A DNA stretch of 39,436 bases from Nemertoderma westbladi (Eukaryota; Animalia; Xenacoelomorpha): NCBI GenBank assembly GCA_032718475.1, contig JAUCBJ010005029.1:1-39436 (forward strand), written 5' to 3'. Made by a program: the position numbers and the translations under genes. Within the stretch, counting starts at the first letter, position 1; the number at the start of each line of letters is the position of its first letter. Below the pieces are notes generated by a model. It was given only the letters and a program-made list of their open reading frames with translations, was not told the origin of the DNA and did not search any database. This document shows positions 34,109 to 39,436 of this stretch, in pieces.

Positions 34109-35298
34109 TGTTCGCGCTTTTAGACCTTTAGCAGTTTAACCTGCCAAATTTAGGTGTCTTCTAGGTTATAAATCGACTTTAGCCTATAACAAGTATTTGA
34201 TACACATAAAGCTACATTAGCCGAAGCCAGCCTATGCGCGATCATTCACCCACGGTTAAGGGAGACTGGATTCGGATGCTCTGACCTTATTGCGGTGTAG
34301 ACTTACTGTACTATTCGATTGATCGTTAATATATAATCTCTGACAAATATTATTCACTTTCGGGAAATATTAACAGTTCCTTTAGGACGTGGCGTTCTAA
34401 GTATGTAAACAGAGTTATGACTTACACTAAACACAACGGGATGGCTATTGATTTTCGTATAAGGCGCATTCTTTAGGAAATGCTTTGTTATCTGTCACAC
34501 TCATGCACAATACCGCACACTGCTGCACACTGATCTGCCGACCTTCACTAATTTTAATCATATATAAGGAGAACAGCAACTGACACATGTAGGGTCTATG
34601 AAATAGCATTCAATTCACTCCAAAACCACTATAATGTAAGTCGCAATTGCTACAGGTAACCGGTCTCTCTAACCTTCAGTATATCAAGAAGATTGGGGTT
34701 TTCTGATTATTTATCGATATTCTCCAAATATAACAACATATCCATCAACTGATAACCATTCATAACCGACAGTAAATAGCAGTAAAATAATGCGGTGTTC
34801 TGAGCCGTGTTGTGTGTCCAGTTTGTGTACTGGTTTGGTATGATAACAGTTATACGTTTCTATGATCAAAGCCGTTCTAATGTTTGGCTAAAGTCTGAAA
34901 CACATAATAATTCCACAGCCGATGTTCTGGGCTCAGGAAAAAAGGTAAACAAAGACCATAATGCATTGCGCGATTTCCCGGAGGCTTCTGTGCAAATAAA
35001 ATGAAAATCGCTCTGATTGGTCGAGTGAGTGAGCCTGAACAAAGAAAGCCAAAAGCTCCACGTCGACATATCAGCTGATAGATGTCGTCATCTGAACTAC
35101 ACTGTATTAAGAGTATTTTGGTGCATTGCGGCATAGAATGGCTTGTTATGTCCGCCAAAGTACACATACAGAAAAAATGGCTTTTTATGTCCACTAAAAC
35201 ACCTACACAGTAAGAAAACGGCTTTTTATGTCCGCTAAAACACCTACAGAGTACTTTGCGGGGAAAATGACTAGCTAGGTCCGCAAAAGCCTTTTACA
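34109..35298. mobile_element. Solo-LTR-like insertion (TGT...ACA), copy 2, interrupting the left TIR
   Basis: 5-bp TSD TCATT (34104-34108, 35299-35303); the host TIR resumes exactly afterwards. Confidence 0.78.
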
Positions 35299-35769
35299 TC
35301 ATTGAATCAGAATAAATTATTTATTATCGGTTTAACTCACTCATCCGTTAATGTTGTTGATTTATCTATTCTAGGACTTCGAGCAGCACGTGAACAACTA
35401 AACCAGCACGTTAACTAGTCTGGGGCTTCGAGCAGCACGTGAACAACTAAACTGGCTGGTTAACAAGTCTGGGACTTCGAGCAGCACGTAAACAACTAAG
35501 CTGACTGGTTAACTAGTCTGGTACATGTCTGGGACAGATATAGCAGTATAGGCAGAAGAGCATTATACACCTATTGTTATTACAGTAGGCCTACCTGCGA
35601 TATATTTTACTATCAGTTCCCAGCTATATTGTTATAATTATAATGTTCTGATGTAATTATAACTGATACAAGAAAATAATAAATGTTCTTTACATTTTAC
35701 TGATAGAAGTTAAGCCAAATCCCCCCGATCCCCCCCCCCCCCCCCCCCCCCTCCTCAATTTGCAATTTT

Positions 35770-35980
35770 GCTCGAAGTCCCAGACTAGTTAACCAGTCAG
35801 CTTAGTTGTTCACGTGCTGCTCGAAGTCCCAGACTAGTTAACCAGTCAGCTTAGTTGTTCACGTGCTGCTCGAAGTCCCAGACTAGTTAACCAGTCAGCT
35901 TAGTTGTTCACGTGCTGCTCGAAGCCCCAGACTAGTTAACGTGCTGGCTTAGTTGTTCACGTGCTGCTCGAAGTCCCAGA
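35770..35980. repeat. 49-bp subterminal tandem repeat of the MULE-like element (inverse array at 35374-35520)
   Basis: GCTCGAAGTCCCAGACTAGTTAACCAGTCAGCTTAGTTGTTCACGTGCT starts at 35770, 35819, 35868 and 35917. Confidence 0.92.
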
Positions 35981-36594
35981 ATAGATAAAACAACAACAAT
36001 AACGGATGAGTGAGTTAAACCGATAAGAAATAATTTATTCTGATTCAATGAATTACATTTAGTCTTACTCTATTCATGTATTCAATGTTAAAACAGATTT
36101 GAATTTACCGCCAAAATATAGGTGGCAGATCTGATCTGCCACCCTTTCCAGTACAAATTACATGTCTTTCAATCATTTGAATTTCCCGCGCTATGGAGCA
36201 GGGTGGCACCTTTTAGGGACTTGTCAGTACTGGTGGGCCTACACAGCTACTGCTATTTTGCCTAATACAGTTCCCAGATGCCAGAGGTAAATCCTTACCC
36301 CACCGGCTGTGAGCTGGGGGAAGATCTTCTCTGTGCTGGGGGTAAGAGCGCGTAAGAAAAGGGGGAAGAGGGGGAAAGAAAAGGGGTATGGATCTATAAA
36401 TAGCATCCAATGGGACGCCTCTATTTTACGACCGTTCTATACTGTAAACATACAGCTGTCTACCTTATTGAGAAGTGGTAATACTACTTAATAGTTGCTA
36501 AACTTACCCCCAGCCACCCACCCACCTATCATTACACTCCTACTGTATTTAACCACACATACCCATTCCTACATACCAACTTACACGTACCCTC

Positions 36595-38715
36595 CCACCC
36601 ACCTATGCACTACTTAACTGCACCCACCCACCCTCCCAAGCACGTCTACTTAACCGCATCCACCCACCCTCCTAAGCACGTCTACTTAACCGCACCCACC
36701 CAAGCACGTCTACTTAACCGCACCCACCCGCCTAAGTACGTCTACTTACTCACACCCACCCACCTACTTAAGCACGTCCACTTACCCGCTCCCTCCCACA
36801 CACCTAAGCATCCCTACTTAACCGCACCCACCCACCCACCTAAGCACGTATACTTACCCGCACCCACCCACCTACCTAAGCACACCTAGTTAACCGCACC
36901 CACCTAAGCACGTCTACTTAACCACACCCAACCACCCACCTACGCACACCTACTTAACCGCACCCGCCCACCCACACACCTAAGAACGTCTACTTAACCG
37001 CACCCTCCCACCCACCTAAGCACGTATACTTACCCGCACCCACCCACCTACCTAAGCACACCTAGTTAACCGCAGCCACCTAAGCACGTCAATTAACCAC
37101 ACCCACCCACCCACCTAAGCACACCTATTTAACCGCACCCACCCACCTTCCTAAGCTCGTCTACATAACCGCACCCACCCAAGCACGTCTACTTAACCGC
37201 ACCCACCCACGTAAGCACGTCTACTTACCCGCACCCACCTACCTACTTAAGCACGTCTACTTACCCGCTCCCACCCACACACCTAAGCACGTCTACTTAA
37301 CCGCATCCACCCAAGCACGTATACTTACCCGCACCCACCCACCTACCTAAGCACACCTATTTAACCGCACCCACCTAAGCACGTCTACTTAACCACACCC
37401 ACCAACCCACCCATCTAAGCACACCTACTTAACCGCACCAACCCAATCACCCTCCTAAGCACGTCTACTTAACCGCACCCACCCAAGCACGTCTACTTAA
37501 CCGCACCCACCCACCTAAGGACGTCTACTTACCCGCACCCACCCACCTACTTAAGCACGTCTACTTAACCGCACCCACCCACACACCTAAGCACACCAAC
37601 TTAACCACACCCACCCACCCACCCTCCTAAGCACGTCTACTTAACCGCACCCACCCAAGCACGTCTACTTAACCGCACCCACCCACCTAAGCACGTCTAC
37701 TTACCCGCACCCACCCACCTACTTAAGCACGTCTACTTACCCGCTCCCACCCACACACATAAGCACCTCTACTTAACCGCACCCACCCACCCACCTAAGC
37801 ACGTATACTTACCCGCACCCACCCACCTACCTAAACACACCTAGTTAACCGCACCCACCTAAGCACGTCTACTTAACCACACCCACCCACCCACCTAAGC
37901 ACACCTACTTAACAGCACCCGCCCACCCACATACCTAAGCACGTCTACTTAACCGCACCCACCCAAGCACGTCCACTTAACCGCACCCACCCACCTAAGG
38001 ACGTCTACTTACCCGCACCCACCCACCTACTTAAGCACGTCTACTTAACCGCACCCACCCACACACCTAAGCACACCAACTTAATCGCACCCACCCACCC
38101 ACCCTCCTAAGCACGTCTACTTAACCGCACCCACCCAAGCACGTCTACTTAACCGCACCCACCCACCTAAGCACGTCTACTTACCCGCACCCACCCACCT
38201 ACTTAAGCACGTCTACTTTCCCGCTCCCACTTACACACCTAAGCACCCCTACTTAACCGCACCCACCCACCCACCTAAGCACGTATACTTAGCCGCACCC
38301 ACCCACCTACCTAAGCACACCTAGTTAACCGCACCCACCCAAGCACGTCAACTTAACCGCACCCACCCACCCACCTAAGCACGTCAACTTAACCGCACTC
38401 ACCCACCCACCTAAGCACGTCAACTTAACCGCACACACCCACCCACCTAAGCACGTATATTTACCCGCACCCACCCACCTACCTAAGCACACCTAGTTAA
38501 CCGCACCCACCTAAGCGCGTCTACTTACCCGCATCCACCCACCCACCTAAGCACACCTACTTAACTGCACCCACCCACCCTCCTAAGCACGTCTACTTAA
38601 CCGCACCCACCAACCTACATAAGCACGTCGGCTACTTAACCGCACCCACCCACCAACCTAAGCACGTCTACTTAACCGCACCCACACACCAAACTAAGCA
38701 AGCACGTCTACTTAA
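36595..38715. repeat. C/A-rich satellite, monomer about 28-36 bp (CACGTCTACTTAACCGCACCCACCCACCTAAG)
   Basis: Directly visible, about 2.1 kb. Confidence 0.97.
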
Positions 38716-39172
38716 AATCATGCCGTAGCAGAAATACATGCCGTAACAGTTTTCGCCAAAACCTTTTTTACAAGAACCGTTTTTTGATAACAGTTTCCTA
38801 TAAAATAATGCTAAGTAGTTACATCCTAGAACATTCGATAACTATTGTAAATTATTATAATTAATAGGTTGGTTGCTTTTTTTACAATATATTATTAAAT
38901 AAATGTGAGATAGTTAGTGCAGTTAGTTTAATTATAATATCGTAAACATCACTACACAAAAACGCGTTTTACACATCAGATCTTTAAAACATTACCTTTA
39001 TTCGTATGCGAAAATAAGGGTTATGCCAGAGCCAGCCTAGAGGCCAAGCAAGGTACCCGGTAGCCGTAGCAATGCAAGAAGCTAGAAGCTTCCTATTGGG
39101 TGCTATTTTTAGATCCTTCCCCCTTTTCTTACCCCCTCATCCGTGCCACCGGTTCAACCAAACAACCCAGGC

Positions 39173-39436
39173 AGCTCCGTAGCCCATCATTGTTCCAATT
39201 CTTCCGGCAGGCTATCATTACGGCTCTCCTAATTTGTTTCAAATTTGTTTCACTGGCATACTTAACATTGTTCAAATTTTTTGAGCTCCGTAGCCCATCA
39301 TTGTTCCAATTCTCCGGTAGACTATCATTACGGCCCTCCTAATTTGTTTCAAATTTGTTTCACTGGCACACATAGCATTGCAGGTAGGACACCATTACGT
39401 GGCTCCTAATTTGTTTCAATTATGTTCCAATTTTGT
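39173..39436. repeat. Tandem repeat, period about 111 bp, running off the window end
   Basis: AGCTCCGTAGCCCATCATTGTTCCAATT... at 39173 and 39284, with a partial third unit. Confidence 0.8.

Larger units (their letters stand above)
33928..36224. mobile_element. Long-TIR non-autonomous DNA transposon (MULE-like), copy 2
   Basis: Same TIRs as copy 1; 9-bp TSD CAGTACTGG (33919-33927, 36225-36233). Confidence 0.88.

Noticed and set aside
35374-35980. CRISPR-like appearance of the 49-bp repeats
   Set aside because: Units are contiguous with no unique spacers; there are no cas genes and the context is eukaryotic.
36605-36889. HVYLTAPTHPPK repeat ORF
   Set aside because: Satellite monomers vary by non-multiples of three and contain stops.

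Overview
AT-rich, repeat-dense eukaryotic (animal-like) genomic DNA. Three intact host protein genes: an intronless tetraspanin (-), a 3-exon pyrroline-5-carboxylate reductase (-) and an intronless SDHB (+), the last two arranged head-to-head. There is one intact tRNA-Ile(AAT). The rest is mostly mobile DNA: a decayed RTE LINE plus several fragments, L2/CR1-like and CRE LINE remnants, two tRNA-derived SINE families, a Helentron-type non-autonomous element, MULE-, hAT- and TA-flanked MITEs, two solo-LTR-like inserts and several satellites. The most unusual signals are: (i) abundant TA-x-TA palindromes (TAGGCCTA, TACCGGTA) that alignment of sister repeat copies shows to be insertions at TA sites, i.e. 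probable excision footprints; (ii) a 190-bp fold-back whose mismatches are repeatedly tandem G.A pairs closed by a GCA triloop; (iii) two neighbouring MULE-like copies each independently carrying the same TG...CA element with different TSDs. All comparisons were made by eye; no searches were run.
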